A DNA stretch of 47,094 nucleotides, taken from a virus. Lineage: Duplodnaviria; Caudoviricetes. Location: IMG/VR virus record IMGVR_UViG_3300005601_000003, positions 1 through 47,094 of that record; one strand, 5' to 3'. This document shows, one piece after another, positions 9,401-18,333 of the stretch. Under the pieces are notes generated by a model. It was not told where the DNA came from and made no database searches. It saw only the letters and a list, made by a program, of their open reading frames with translations. The position numbers were made by a program, and so were the translations under genes. Each line of letters begins with the position of its first letter. Position 1 is the first letter of the stretch.

Positions 9401-10447
9401 GCTCTCATTTCCATTCCGGAGTTTCCGAAGTTGCTCCTTAACCGCCTTGTCATTCTGAGCATTTTTCTTGGCATCGCCCATCCGTCGCGTCTGCACAATA
9501 CGAGGGAATTTAGCATAAGCCTGCCAGTCTTCCGGTAGATCATCCAGAACGTCCTGCATTCGGCCACTTTGGAAAAACTTCTTAGCGTTAACTTTGCCAA
9601 CACGGAAGCGAGTCTTGTCCTTTGGCTGGAACAATACACCCAAGTCCTTCTCAACCTGATCATCACTAAAGTACCTCTTGTCTTTGGGAACCTCGTCAAT
9701 AATCTCCCGCTTCATCCGGTTCTTGCCTGCACGAAGGAGATCCTCAGCTTCCGGATCAATCCTGCCAGAGGCTAATGCTTCATTCGTCTGACGTAGCTGT
9801 ACCTGAATCGGAGCGTTGAGATCGGCGCCCGGCTTAATCCCTCTCCGCTTGCGGAGCTTCTTACCGTACGCACTAAGGCCGCCAAAGAGACCACCCACGG
9901 CACCGCCCAGAACCAAATCTGTCGTGGCACTCTGCGCTACATCCCAAGCCCCCCTGTATTCACCCCCAAGGTTTTCCTCAAACATAGGACCAAATACAGG
10001 AGCAGCGGCAACCCTACCCGCTTCAAGCGGAGCGAACCTCACCACTTCTCTGGCCGCCGCAGTCCTTACCGGCATCGTTGCCATGTTGGCGGCAGGAGCA
10101 ACCCTATTCATTCCGGCCTGCATAGCACTGCCAAGCCTTGTGGCCCCTTGCGTAGCCTTCGCCCAGCCTAGATACGGAACCGCCAGCCCCAGCATCCCGG
10201 TGGCAAAGTCCGATCCCGGATTTTCCATTTGCCAGCGTTGGAGATCCTCCGGGGGGCTTACACCAACCAGCCCAGGACCCATACTCCAGAGTGTATTCTT
10301 AATCGCCTGATTCGCCCAGCCGAGTCCGCCAGCATCACTATTGCTGCCGCCCAAGGGCTCAAGAGAAAGGGAGGACGTATTACCACCGCCACTCCCTAGA
10401 AGGTTGGAACCACCTGTATTCGAGCTATTCATTGGCAACAGGGCCAT
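6485..10447 (-). CDS. Large internal virion (ejection) protein
   Basis: 1320 aa, largely helical, last gene of the late operon, in the usual podovirus position. Confidence 0.65.
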   Translation of the reverse strand: MALLPMNSSNTGGSNLLGSGGGNTSSLSLEPLGGSNSDAGGLGWANQAIKNTLWSMGPGLVGVSPPEDLQRWQMENPGSDFATGMLGLAVPYLGWAKATQGATRLGSAMQAGMNRVAPAANMATMPVRTAAAREVVRFAPLEAGRVAAAPVFGPMFEENLGGEYRGAWDVAQSATTDLVLGGAVGGLFGGLSAYGKKLRKRRGIKPGADLNAPIQVQLRQTNEALASGRIDPEAEDLLRAGKNRMKREIIDEVPKDKRYFSDDQVEKDLGVLFQPKDKTRFRVGKVNAKKFFQSGRMQDVLDDLPEDWQAYAKFPRIVQTRRMGDAKKNAQNDKAVKEQLRKLRNGNESTRWDWLESEKTFVVAKKLSSTEHLLFKTDKPDMFMPEEAAWKGIMERHSKATFGRDTGRVEPNSGSELYDFGAKMQQDLPFVDWRGLKSKEGALNSTTREFAAKMGLKPYEGSGEAMRRAGLFVRRYMAPAQLQTTDNPVANKIRIITKEVLEKGEQLAQRSILGAPKRVDGSQLKGAFFGPQWADNGSIASRARKLSEDPEEWDSVIKTIQDGQGWQAGIKKYGLSERGVQLLKKIEAEDAKLSQSIINAQRAAKIPEADLFVPRQGHFMLSRTWKGDWRVPVYNSKGNMVYIAGGNTRSEAMSIADEMLKKNQGWRRAEPITSSEMQDVKLLQNLMDRDLDFKEAMRQQQQIYKSKSKAGTPGTFKERQDVEGYQVEYDADDFIRSMIQHSRRYRRYEAEVSTRGMFKKEYDDLQWDDPEAYETLMERLSKMYGKEGEITQAVNKAFDTVLSGVLGNNSASRIVGTANKLLYRYALGFANVGYAVATMGTFIQTAFPMMQMINTLALNAPERLGKYTTYQPVFSERGARMLGSIDTMKIAGQGFKELGNPDAVLTKNLHKAAEEGVTDPRFIDEWVGQTAVNKQRFKGILEGKEPFSRMLSAVADTMPAVTERGARGHSFAMGHVFYRDVMGVTDPELLYRLAKDFTEKTQFMYSAGDRAQIFNGPLGGMFGLFKNWMSHYTGWMFSYMGEAAKYGNWKPMLWMMGGTSALGGVGALPFIGVADDVSKAMNNEGLLLNLYEMQGGADPEGINMADAVYYGLPSLFGASIQGTVSAPLADPGADIIRMFSFAHMNQAKKIGNAFGPVVDAMEDKGQYFITDPEARRALLNATAPKTLIRMSQAMAGPDIRSLNSGNVMVKGMSPIQRLMWGASLNPKEVEAQFEISRELWRDQEKMRERVGYYGQQLANMYEARDLSEVQRLMMRATVEGVPLDSIQRSAKARQSRQNQGLIEAQFDKATQARMRELNLL

Positions 10448-10458
10448 AGTAAGCTACC

Positions 10459-12021
10459 TCAGAGATTGTTGAAGAAATCTACTCGACGCTGATTCTGCCG
10501 AAGTTGATCCAAGATCGGAGCAATTTGTGGGTTGGTTTGAAGTTGAGTCATGATGGAACTAAGGGCGGCATGTGCCCGAAGATCATCCTCAGCTTGCAAC
10601 GCCAATTGATATTCCTCAAAGATCGGAAATTGTTGAAGTTCGTTGTAAATCTGTGGATTGGTCTGGATGAGGGAATTCAGCATCGCAGCGTTGTCATCCA
10701 TCCCCACAGGCATAGTGCCTCCAAGGAAGGAATTCTGCATATTAAGCTGATTCTGTCCTTGTGCAATATCCAGTGCCCCAAGGATTTGTTGAAGTGAGTT
10801 ATTTTCCAATTGCTGTTGGTTCAACACGTCTTGTTGAGAATCTTCAACTTGCCCTCGCTCGTAGTTATAATCCTCACGAGCACTCTGACGCTGTCCCAAT
10901 TGCTGCTGCATGTATTCAGCGCGTTCAGCCTCAGACATTTTCAAATCGAATTCCGCCAAACCCCGCTCGAATTCATCCGTCGCAGCTTGATATTCTGCCT
11001 CAGTCATTTGCTCGTCAGTCTGCCGGCGACCTTCACCCATCAAGCCCCCAAGCAATACACCTGGAATACCGCCAAGCAAACCTCCGGCAAGTGCTGGAAT
11101 AATCCATCCGCCCAGGTCCTGCGCAAAACTACGTTCCACAGGGGCATCCGGTGCTGTGCCTTCCAACACTGCTCGAGCACCTTCACGGTCAATTTCCGGG
11201 GCACCCTCATAATCAAATGCCGGCAGGGATTCCGGATTGACTTCAGGAAATTCATTTCCAAGGCTTGCAGCCAGAATATCATTAATCCCGGTTCCTGCAA
11301 CACCCGAACCCCCGTATAAGTTACCGCCCGCATCCGGAGGCATATTGTACTCACCTGGAGGCGCTTCTTCCCCTCCCCCGATAGGCAGCAACATTGATTG
11401 TCCGCCAGCTCCATACAGCATATTCCGCATCCGGCTAGGGTTCGCTCCTCCGCGAGACATAAACCCGCCAAGGCCCCGAACAATTTCCATGATTCCAGGA
11501 GGACCGCCAGCAACCGCCGCACCTTCAGAGGCCCCCGCAGCAGTCGGACTTCCCTGAGTCCCTGGACGTGTTCCTACAGAACCTGGACCCGGCCCCCGCT
11601 CCCTCACAAGAGCCTCAAGCCAATCATCCGCAGTTCCACCTGCACGGCCAGGAGGGGGTCCACCGGCAGGGCGTCCCGCAGACGCAGAAGGCCCCGCAGT
11701 GGATGGTCCGGAGGCGGCTCCCGGCTTAGGCAACGCCCCCCGAACAATCTCACCCTCAATAGTCTGACCTTGCCTTCCCGCACGAGCACCCGCACCAGCA
11801 GCGCCCATCTCCCCACCCATCACTTCACCGGATTTGGGACTAGAGCCGAGGGATCGAGCCAATGTCTGTACAAGGTTACCGGCGATACGAGGCGAGGGCA
11901 GATTACCCCCACGAAAGTCCTCGGTCCGCAGGGTTCCGTCAGGGTTATATAATTCTGGATTAAGAGCTATCTGCTCCGGCGTAGCTGTCGTCGGGCCAAG
12001 TGCATCAAAGAAACCAGCCAT
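10459..12021 (-). CDS. Internal virion (ejection) protein, Gly/Pro-rich with a hydrophobic segment
   Basis: 520 aa; glycine-zipper-like GWIIPALAGGLLGGIPGVLLGGLMG segment; Gln-rich helical C terminus. Confidence 0.6.
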   Translation of the reverse strand: MAGFFDALGPTTATPEQIALNPELYNPDGTLRTEDFRGGNLPSPRIAGNLVQTLARSLGSSPKSGEVMGGEMGAAGAGARAGRQGQTIEGEIVRGALPKPGAASGPSTAGPSASAGRPAGGPPPGRAGGTADDWLEALVRERGPGPGSVGTRPGTQGSPTAAGASEGAAVAGGPPGIMEIVRGLGGFMSRGGANPSRMRNMLYGAGGQSMLLPIGGGEEAPPGEYNMPPDAGGNLYGGSGVAGTGINDILAASLGNEFPEVNPESLPAFDYEGAPEIDREGARAVLEGTAPDAPVERSFAQDLGGWIIPALAGGLLGGIPGVLLGGLMGEGRRQTDEQMTEAEYQAATDEFERGLAEFDLKMSEAERAEYMQQQLGQRQSAREDYNYERGQVEDSQQDVLNQQQLENNSLQQILGALDIAQGQNQLNMQNSFLGGTMPVGMDDNAAMLNSLIQTNPQIYNELQQFPIFEEYQLALQAEDDLRAHAALSSIMTQLQTNPQIAPILDQLRQNQRRVDFFNNL

Positions 12022-12032
12022 ATCAATACCCC

Positions 12033-12761
12033 TTAAATAAACCCTGCTTTGCTAAACCCACTCGCAGCACTGCCCAGTGAATTCAACATTTGCAGGGGCG
12101 ATGCTTGTGATGTACTAGACGAGGTTCCGCCCCAGTTAGTACTCCCGATAATGTTCCAGAACCGCTCGAGATTATCCATCTCCTGATTCTGTTCACTAAG
12201 CCCCAGATTCTCCAGTACCATCCCCGGCAACTGATCCAGCTGAGCTTGTTGCGGCAAGAACTGTTGCTGAGCCTGCATCTGTTGCAGCCGCCGATTGTAG
12301 TTGTCCATCAACATGGTTTGGGTGCCCTGTGTAAAGGCATTGGTTGCGGCCTCCGCATTAAGTCCCTGTGCCACGCCCTGCCGACCGCCACCATACGCAC
12401 CAGCCTGAACCGCTTGCTGATTAATCTGGTTTTGGTTGCGGCCAGCCTGTTGCGAAATGTTCGTCCCAAGCTGATCGATATTCGCCTGCAGGTATGGGTT
12501 AGAGGCAGGGTCCAGCATCTCAGGACTCGAGAAGAAATTCGATACCTGATTCTGGTTATCCACCGCGCCACCAAACCCGGCAAGGGCGCTTTGTTCCTGC
12601 ATCTGCCGGCCAGTGCCTACATTGGGGTTCGGGTTGTTGTTGGCGTTATTCAGCCAATCACTCGCCCCTTGAAATCCCTGCTTGATATACTGTTGTTGTG
12701 GCTCCCACGGTTCTCTCTTACTTGTACTTCCAGAACTGCCCAAAGAGTCAAAAAGTCCCAT
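12033..12761 (-). CDS. Ejection/pilot protein
   Basis: Gln/Asn/Gly-rich, with EPWEPQQQYIKQGF, NPYLQ and AGAYGGGRQGVAQG motifs typical of podovirus ejection proteins. GGAGG RBS before ATG 12761. Confidence 0.7.
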   Translation of the reverse strand: MGLFDSLGSSGSTSKREPWEPQQQYIKQGFQGASDWLNNANNNPNPNVGTGRQMQEQSALAGFGGAVDNQNQVSNFFSSPEMLDPASNPYLQANIDQLGTNISQQAGRNQNQINQQAVQAGAYGGGRQGVAQGLNAEAATNAFTQGTQTMLMDNYNRRLQQMQAQQQFLPQQAQLDQLPGMVLENLGLSEQNQEMDNLERFWNIIGSTNWGGTSSSTSQASPLQMLNSLGSAASGFSKAGFI

Positions 12762-12763
12762 AT

Positions 12764-13051
12764 CTATGCCTCCACTAACCGGCGCCATGCACCGTTACGA
12801 AATACATGCAAACCGGCCTCAGTCAATCCCGGCACGTTGTTGAGAGCGTTGATGTCAAAGTTCACCAAACTGCCCTCTTGATACTTGGCTGGTGCCGCAC
12901 TCAACGGAAATAAATCCCGCACTGAGAGTTCCTCGGCCATCACTTCCGCAACCCGCTGAAGTTCGGATTCCACCCATTCAGCCATTTCGGAAGGAGACCT
13001 GGTATCAGCCCCGAAGAACGCCTCTGGAGTATAAATTCCACTCATAACCAA
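12764..13051 (-). CDS. Small tail-associated protein
   Basis: 95 aa; WVESELQRV helix and GLHVFRNGAWRRL C terminus; follows the nozzle gene. Confidence 0.6.
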   Translation of the reverse strand: MVMSGIYTPEAFFGADTRSPSEMAEWVESELQRVAEVMAEELSVRDLFPLSAAPAKYQEGSLVNFDINALNNVPGLTEAGLHVFRNGAWRRLVEA

Positions 13052-13053
13052 CC

Positions 13054-14673
13054 CTACCTTTTAGATACCAGTTTATACTCAACATCATACCCTGTCAAAC
13101 GGAATTCCTCATCCGCCGGTAGTCGAGCCCTGATAGAAACAAACCTCGCAGACTTATCAAAAAACACGCCTTTCTTCCCCATCCGCCAGCGCTTAGGGCC
13201 GACCCATTTGATAGGGCTGTCGAGATCTTCCTGCAGCCCAAGCCAGATATCGATGTAGAAATCTCTCGAAGCCTTCCGGCATTTCGGTGCGATGTAGGAA
13301 ATCTGCTTCCGACTTTCCCAGTCCATCACGTCTCCACGAGGGAACGGAATGTGCATTCTCTCAAGGAGTACTTCATCCACCTCCGCGACACCCTCCTTCG
13401 TACCGACACGGATTTGCCGGGTCCAGTCATCCTCGTTAATCGGGAGAGCCTGGGCAAAGAACAGCCGGCGTTGATTGGCCTCTTCATTATCCAGGCCCCA
13501 GAAGAATTCCAAATCTTCCCACGAAGTTGTAAGGTCGTCCCAGCTCTCAAATCCATCCGGAGCAATGCCGTAGCCCTCAACCCCGCTAAGGTAATTCGGG
13601 CAGGTTCGTGTGGTGAAGGTGTTTTCGCTGTAGTTCCAGATCAGAGCAACGTTGCAGAATTCCGAAGTTCCGTGCGGGGCACAAATCCAGACCTCGTTGG
13701 TGAAGGAACTATGCACCACAAAGATTTTCGACAATTCCGCCTTGTTGAGGTTTTTGAAGAACCACTCTTTAGTCCGGTTTTTCACCACACTCTGGTGACT
13801 TTGTCCAGTCGTGATAAAGATGTCGTTGTCAGACACGGAGATCTGAAAGAGGTCCGAATTACCGATTGCGTGTTTATTGATACAGGCAACCTCCGCCGTA
13901 ATCACTTTCCGCTGATAAACAAACTGGCCCCCGCTATACCGGAACGTGACAGCCGAATTACGTTTCCGTACGATGAGGTTGTCCTTGTACACACTCCCGG
14001 CCACGATCTCGTCCTGACCTTCGGCCAAATCCCGGCTCCCCGCACTATTCTCCGGTCGAGGTTCCCAGGCTTGAGGCAACGTTCCCGGCTCCGCAAAATC
14101 ACTAAACAACACAAGGTAGGGGAAACGGTTGGAGGTATTCCGGATGTTGCCCGCAAACAGGGCGTTACTGAACCCCACGATAAACTCGCAAGTTTGTCCC
14201 GCCGGCCACGGACTACTGCCGGGGTAGGAACTCAACGGCTCGAGCTTGGCAACTTCCTCTCCCGGCGCTGTTTCAATTGGCCAATAATAGGGCTCATTTC
14301 GGGCATTGTTGAGGATGAGAAAACCATTGAAGAATGTGGCCTGCCACCGATCATCCAGCGTACCCGAGAATTCCAACCCATCCGGAGTGATGTCGAAAAT
14401 AGCCTCACCCCGGCTCACATAGACCCTCCGGGAGGTACACATCACATACCAGTATACCCCGGCGGAATTATGAATGAAGATGGAATTGTGTATCCGATCC
14501 AGACTAAAGGGGGACTCCGTAAACCGGGGTGAGGTAAGGTAAGGGGGCCGGAGGCTGTTCTCACTCAACGACGCATCTTGAATCAGAGTCCATGCATTCT
14601 TCTCCAGTTGCCAATATTCGAGATCAGGAAGAAAGCCTGCTGCACCTACATTATCAACCCGGAGAATAGCCAT
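13054..14673 (-). CDS. Tail nozzle/stabilisation protein (P22 gp10-like or tail tubular B-like)
   Basis: 539 aa, beta-rich (FNGFLILNN, LFSD..EPGTLPQAW, NEVWICAP, ALIWNY, ARFVSIR, FRLTGYDVEY). Confidence 0.75.
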   Translation of the reverse strand: MAILRVDNVGAAGFLPDLEYWQLEKNAWTLIQDASLSENSLRPPYLTSPRFTESPFSLDRIHNSIFIHNSAGVYWYVMCTSRRVYVSRGEAIFDITPDGLEFSGTLDDRWQATFFNGFLILNNARNEPYYWPIETAPGEEVAKLEPLSSYPGSSPWPAGQTCEFIVGFSNALFAGNIRNTSNRFPYLVLFSDFAEPGTLPQAWEPRPENSAGSRDLAEGQDEIVAGSVYKDNLIVRKRNSAVTFRYSGGQFVYQRKVITAEVACINKHAIGNSDLFQISVSDNDIFITTGQSHQSVVKNRTKEWFFKNLNKAELSKIFVVHSSFTNEVWICAPHGTSEFCNVALIWNYSENTFTTRTCPNYLSGVEGYGIAPDGFESWDDLTTSWEDLEFFWGLDNEEANQRRLFFAQALPINEDDWTRQIRVGTKEGVAEVDEVLLERMHIPFPRGDVMDWESRKQISYIAPKCRKASRDFYIDIWLGLQEDLDSPIKWVGPKRWRMGKKGVFFDKSARFVSIRARLPADEEFRLTGYDVEYKLVSKR

Positions 14674-15563
14674 TAGGAATATGACCTCTCATAACCAAGA
14701 TCAGGTCCCTGATTCCCCGACGTGATGTAACGATACGCGGCACTAGCAGGTAACGCAGCGTTGACCAACAGGGGTTTACCAGCGGTGCCGAGGATAAACT
14801 CGGTCAGGGTGAAGGAATCCTGCGCGATAGAAGAAGTGCCCACAAACCGAATTTCCATCAGGAAAACGTCTCCAGGCTGACAATCAAGATTCACCGAGTA
14901 TTCGTAACTACCTTCTCCATTGTTCCCAACCTTGGCCAGAATCGAACTTTTGGTCTCCTCAGCCAAAAATACCTGAGCACCGTTGCGAAGGACTCGAATA
15001 TCAATGCGACCATCATTGTTGAATTTGAAAAATGCGGCTGTAAACTTCAATCGAAACTCGCCCGCATTGAAGGGCACAAAAGAGAGCAGCCGGAACCAAG
15101 ACTGACGTTCCCACCAGATATAGTATGTGGGACCCAAGTTGTAGAAAATATCTGGACCGGGTTCTTCAAAGATTACCGCAGTTGTCTGAGGATGCCGCCA
15201 ATGGTACGCAACCTGATCTCCTGGTGCCACCGTCCAGAGACCGTTAACCGGAACCGCGGCCTCTCCCACACTGGTGTCCAGGTCCTCCAGAACCTGTTCC
15301 AGATCATCCACTGTAGTTTGGAAACCGTCAAGGAGATCTTTAAGGTCTTTGGAGGACTTCGCCGTAGCAGCGATGTTCTCACTGTTATCATCCAGAGCAC
15401 TTGTGAGTGTCGTGACCCCATAGGCACCCGCAGCATTAGCCCTCGCCTTCACCACCTTCTTAATGTTCTGGAAGTGTCGATAACCCTCCTTCGCAGGTTC
15501 CCCTTTCGCAGGCCACGCCTCGTTGAGATCATCAACACTCTGTGGATTATTTTCAATGCCCAT
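14673..15563 (-). CDS. Tail fibre protein
   Basis: N-terminal anchor (LNEAWP...EGYRHFQNIKKVVK), a fibre repeat GVTTLTSALDDNSENIAATAKSSKDL, a coiled coil, then a beta-sandwich tip. Confidence 0.7.
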   Translation of the reverse strand: MGIENNPQSVDDLNEAWPAKGEPAKEGYRHFQNIKKVVKARANAAGAYGVTTLTSALDDNSENIAATAKSSKDLKDLLDGFQTTVDDLEQVLEDLDTSVGEAAVPVNGLWTVAPGDQVAYHWRHPQTTAVIFEEPGPDIFYNLGPTYYIWWERQSWFRLLSFVPFNAGEFRLKFTAAFFKFNNDGRIDIRVLRNGAQVFLAEETKSSILAKVGNNGEGSYEYSVNLDCQPGDVFLMEIRFVGTSSIAQDSFTLTEFILGTAGKPLLVNAALPASAAYRYITSGNQGPDLGYERSYS

Positions 15564-15565
15564 CG

Positions 15566-15811
15566 CTATTCTCCCGTTTTCTGAATCTCAGTCCTAAGCT
15601 CAAGAATATACCTTCCGAGCTTGTATGCGTTTTCCCGATCATAACACACAAATTCCGTACCGCCAACCTCACTCTGTTGGAGGCTTGGGCGGGGAGGCAG
15701 GCTCGGAACGTACTTCGGAGGAGGGTTTAGGGCGGTCATCAGGCTGCACCCCTGGCTCAAAGAAATCATCAAACCAAGCATCAGGGTCCTGTTCCAGCTC
15801 TTTGGTTTCAT
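15566..15811 (-). CDS. Putative o-spanin lipoprotein
   Basis: Hydrophobic leader ending in a lipobox-like SLSQGC, then a Pro-rich segment; overlaps the i-spanin candidate in another frame. Confidence 0.55.
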   Translation of the reverse strand: MKPKSWNRTLMLGLMISLSQGCSLMTALNPPPKYVPSLPPRPSLQQSEVGGTEFVCYDRENAYKLGRYILELRTEIQKTGE

Positions 15812-15914
15812 CCTGGTGCTCCTTCTCGATCTGTCGACGGCGCCAGGACTTGCGCAGGTCCCAAAGTCTCTGCGCAAGCTCTAGCAACAAGGTGAGGAGT
15901 TTCACCTTAGCCAC
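15669..15914 (-). CDS. Putative i-spanin
   Basis: Hydrophobic N terminus followed by a charged helix, inside the lysis cassette. Confidence 0.5.
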   Translation of the reverse strand: MAKVKLLTLLLELAQRLWDLRKSWRRRQIEKEHQDETKELEQDPDAWFDDFFEPGVQPDDRPKPSSEVRSEPASPPKPPTE

Positions 15915-16089
15915 CGCTACGTTTCTTGGCCTGGGCTTCAGGGTCTTCGTTCAGCGCCAGGTATTTGGAAATGAAGGCTTGGATTTGACCGACGATTTTA
16001 TCATCGGTTTGAGTAGGGGTGAACTTCACGATTATAGAGGCCAAGCCGATGATGGCCAGAACCAGTTCAATAATTTGCTGAATTTCCAT
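15907..16089 (-). CDS. Small membrane protein (holin-like)
   Basis: MEIQQIIELVLAIIGLASIIVKFTPTQTDD; one transmembrane segment plus a TPT..DD motif; GAGGA RBS. Confidence 0.6.
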   Translation of the reverse strand: MEIQQIIELVLAIIGLASIIVKFTPTQTDDKIVGQIQAFISKYLALNEDPEAQAKKRSGG

Positions 16090-16099
16090 AACACAGTCC

Positions 16100-16534
16100 T
16101 CAGTAAAGAAACAGTTTCTTCTCTTCTTCGGGATAATACACAGGGCTCCTGTCCAGATGGACAAAGGCTTCATGCACTCCCACTCTCCATCCCAACATCA
16201 GGGCCACTTCAACCAGCCTAGCCCTTTTGACGGAATCCCACTTTGCCAACGAGACATCAACGGCACAGGTGCCTACCTCGGTTTCATAAATGTGATACGA
16301 GCCCTCGCTGCCTCCAGAAGCCTCGTTATGCTCCAAGCACCGGCAACCACTACTAAGGGGAAGAGCAAAACCAAGAGCAAGCCGCAGCCCAAGCAGGTCC
16401 TCAGCAAAGCCCGAAGCGAGTTGACCTTTCCCCTTACAAAAATCACAGCGACACCCCAACTCAGCAGTAGTAAAGTAAGTCCGACCCGCGAAAACAATCG
16501 ACGGTACGAGACTAGCCTGTTCACGTGTCATCAT
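16100..16534 (-). CDS. Endolysin, peptidase M15 family
   Basis: YFT..EL.C.C, SGCRC..HN...GG...SYH, AVD and FVHLD zinc-peptidase motifs. Confidence 0.85.
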   Translation of the reverse strand: MMTREQASLVPSIVFAGRTYFTTAELGCRCDFCKGKGQLASGFAEDLLGLRLALGFALPLSSGCRCLEHNEASGGSEGSYHIYETEVGTCAVDVSLAKWDSVKRARLVEVALMLGWRVGVHEAFVHLDRSPVYYPEEEKKLFLY

Positions 16535-16865
16535 CTTCTTTTCTCCTATTAGGGCACCGGCGGTGGATTTTACTCTCCATCCAATCTTCCAGCCAGATCT
16601 TGAGTGTGTTGACACCGATAAAGCCTATGGCCACTGCAACCACTAAGCCCGTACGGTCCTGAAGTGCAAAGTAAGTTACAATCTCAAATGAAACCAGCGC
16701 CACCACCATGATAACCGGCAATTCCCACAGCCACTGCAGCAACCTGACCTTCACCTTTTGTTTGAAACTCCCTTCTAACACCAGACTCCGGTAGAAAAGA
16801 ATCCTCCCCAGAAGTGCGGCAAGGAGGAATATCCCCAGGGTTTTGAGTTCTTCTGGCGAGTACAT
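16521..16865 (-). CDS. Holin
   Basis: Three hydrophobic segments and a charged C terminus, directly upstream of the endolysin. Confidence 0.7.
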   Translation of the reverse strand: MYSPEELKTLGIFLLAALLGRILFYRSLVLEGSFKQKVKVRLLQWLWELPVIMVVALVSFEIVTYFALQDRTGLVVAVAIGFIGVNTLKIWLEDWMESKIHRRCPNRRKEDDDT

Positions 16866-16878
16866 CTTGCATCCTTTT

Positions 16879-17286
16879 TTAAAACGAAAGGACTTCCGCT
16901 GCGTGTCGTTCTTCCTCAACCTTTTCATCATACTTTCTATACGCTTCTTGACGCATAGCCTCAAAGTAGCGAAGAGCACCCTGATCTTCCAAATCCGCAG
17001 CAAGTCTCATGCCGACCTCAGAAATAATAAGATCGGGGAATTCCCTCATCCAACCATTTTCTAAGTCGGCTTCTCCAGAGGGGCTTTCGTCCTTAATGTA
17101 GTAGAACACTCGGAGGGCATGATCTTCCTCAGACTGTTCTGGAAGTGGAAAGAGCTTAGTGCCAAGAATACGAAAATTACGCAGCCAAGAAATTCCGCTG
17201 GAAGCCTCATTCGGCACAGCATCTCGAGAAGAAACCCGTTTGAGTTCTCTCCAGTTATTTTTGAGTTCCAGCACTTTGATAGCCAT
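16879..17286 (-). CDS. Head-tail adaptor, C-terminal half
   Basis: KLFPLP...LRVFYY, ENGWMREFPDLIISEVG and ALRYFEAMRQEA resemble the C-terminal part of podovirus adaptor (tail tubular A-like) proteins. Confidence 0.6.
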   Translation of the reverse strand: MAIKVLELKNNWRELKRVSSRDAVPNEASSGISWLRNFRILGTKLFPLPEQSEEDHALRVFYYIKDESPSGEADLENGWMREFPDLIISEVGMRLAADLEDQGALRYFEAMRQEAYRKYDEKVEEERHAAEVLSF

Positions 17287-17289
17287 AGA

Positions 17290-17751
17290 TTACTCCAACG
17301 GAGGAACGTGTCCAAACATTATTGCAAGCCTGAAACCTTCATCAGGACTAGACACAGAAATCCACGCACTAGGATGATCAGGGCGGGGCATAGTTACGGC
17401 GATAAGCTCGTTATCTTCTACCCAATCATCTCCAAGACCTGGAAGAACCTGATCTGCGTCCGCGTTTATAATATCCGTATAAAGACTTTCCATCTTGTCC
17501 ATGATGGCAGGATTGAAGGAAAGGCTTTTAGTTCGAGTCATTCCCGGATTGTTTGCACCACAACTCGAGACAGTAACCGGGAATAATTCCTCCTTATTCA
17601 CACACTCATCAACCGCAATTACTGCGATGTAGAATTGAGTAGAAGATGTTATACCGTCTAACAGGTCAGAACTGAGTGTTTGGATTTGATTATCTCCATC
17701 GAACATATCGAAGAGAAGAATTCCAGACTCCGGTTCAGTTGTAATGCCCAT
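17290..17751 (-). CDS. Hypothetical acidic protein between the adaptor halves
   Basis: 153-aa ORF with tight spacing to both neighbours. Confidence 0.65.
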   Translation of the reverse strand: MGITTEPESGILLFDMFDGDNQIQTLSSDLLDGITSSTQFYIAVIAVDECVNKEELFPVTVSSCGANNPGMTRTKSLSFNPAIMDKMESLYTDIINADADQVLPGLGDDWVEDNELIAVTMPRPDHPSAWISVSSPDEGFRLAIMFGHVPPLE

Positions 17752-17762
17752 AAATTAACCCC

Positions 17763-18251
17763 TTATTCACCGCAAACCGGAGCCTGTCCATCTGGATACC
17801 CGACATTAGTAGTGAGTGATGTTGCGAGATTGAAACTGTAGGGAGGGCCTCCAGAAGGATTAAGAACGTTGCCCACAAACGAGGTAGCCGTAGTTTCAAA
17901 GTCAGCAACAACTGTAACACAAGCAGCTTCCGGAGTCAAAGCACCCTCAAGTTGTGAAGGCTGGGACAGAATCCCTGCCAGCGCAGAAGAATCCTGAAGC
18001 ACTGCCTCGTTAAACCAAACCCCTCCATGAGTCATCAGACCATTATACCCCTCCGGAAGTTCCACAAACTTCACAGTTCGAGGCCAAGGGATGATTGTTT
18101 CACGCTCAAGAAACCAAGGCTGATTGGGAAGACGCTCAAGCACCGTGCGCTGAACATACTCCATCTCGTCAATTGCTGCCTCAGATATATCCTCCACGTC
18201 ACGGTTAGACAGACGGCGGGCAAGGATGCGTAGTATTTGTGATCGAAGCAT
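17763..18251 (-). CDS. Head-tail adaptor N-terminal half fused to a fibre-like segment
   Basis: MLRSQIL...VQRTVLERLPNQPWFL...VELPEGY...GGVWF, then LAGILSQPSQLEGAL. Confidence 0.6.
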   Translation of the reverse strand: MLRSQILRILARRLSNRDVEDISEAAIDEMEYVQRTVLERLPNQPWFLERETIIPWPRTVKFVELPEGYNGLMTHGGVWFNEAVLQDSSALAGILSQPSQLEGALTPEAACVTVVADFETTATSFVGNVLNPSGGPPYSFNLATSLTTNVGYPDGQAPVCGE

Positions 18252-18295
18252 TGGTATATACCTTACGCCGGAATGGAAAACATATATCAAACAAC

Positions 18296-18319
18296 AAAAA
18301 AGGGGCCATCCTTAGCCCC
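18296..18319 (-). terminator. Intrinsic terminator after the major capsid gene
   Basis: Minus strand GGGGC-TAAGGATG-GCCCC-TTTTTT. Confidence 0.75.
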
Positions 18320-18333
18320 AGGCTCCCTTCCCG

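Noticed and set aside
6485-10447. Virion RNA polymerase or lytic transglycosylase in the 1320-aa protein
   Set aside because: I could not recognise polymerase or lysozyme catalytic motifs.
17290-18010. Self-splicing intron or intein explaining the split adaptor
   Set aside because: The insert is fully protein-coding, with no homing-endonuclease or intein motifs and no evident group I or II structure.
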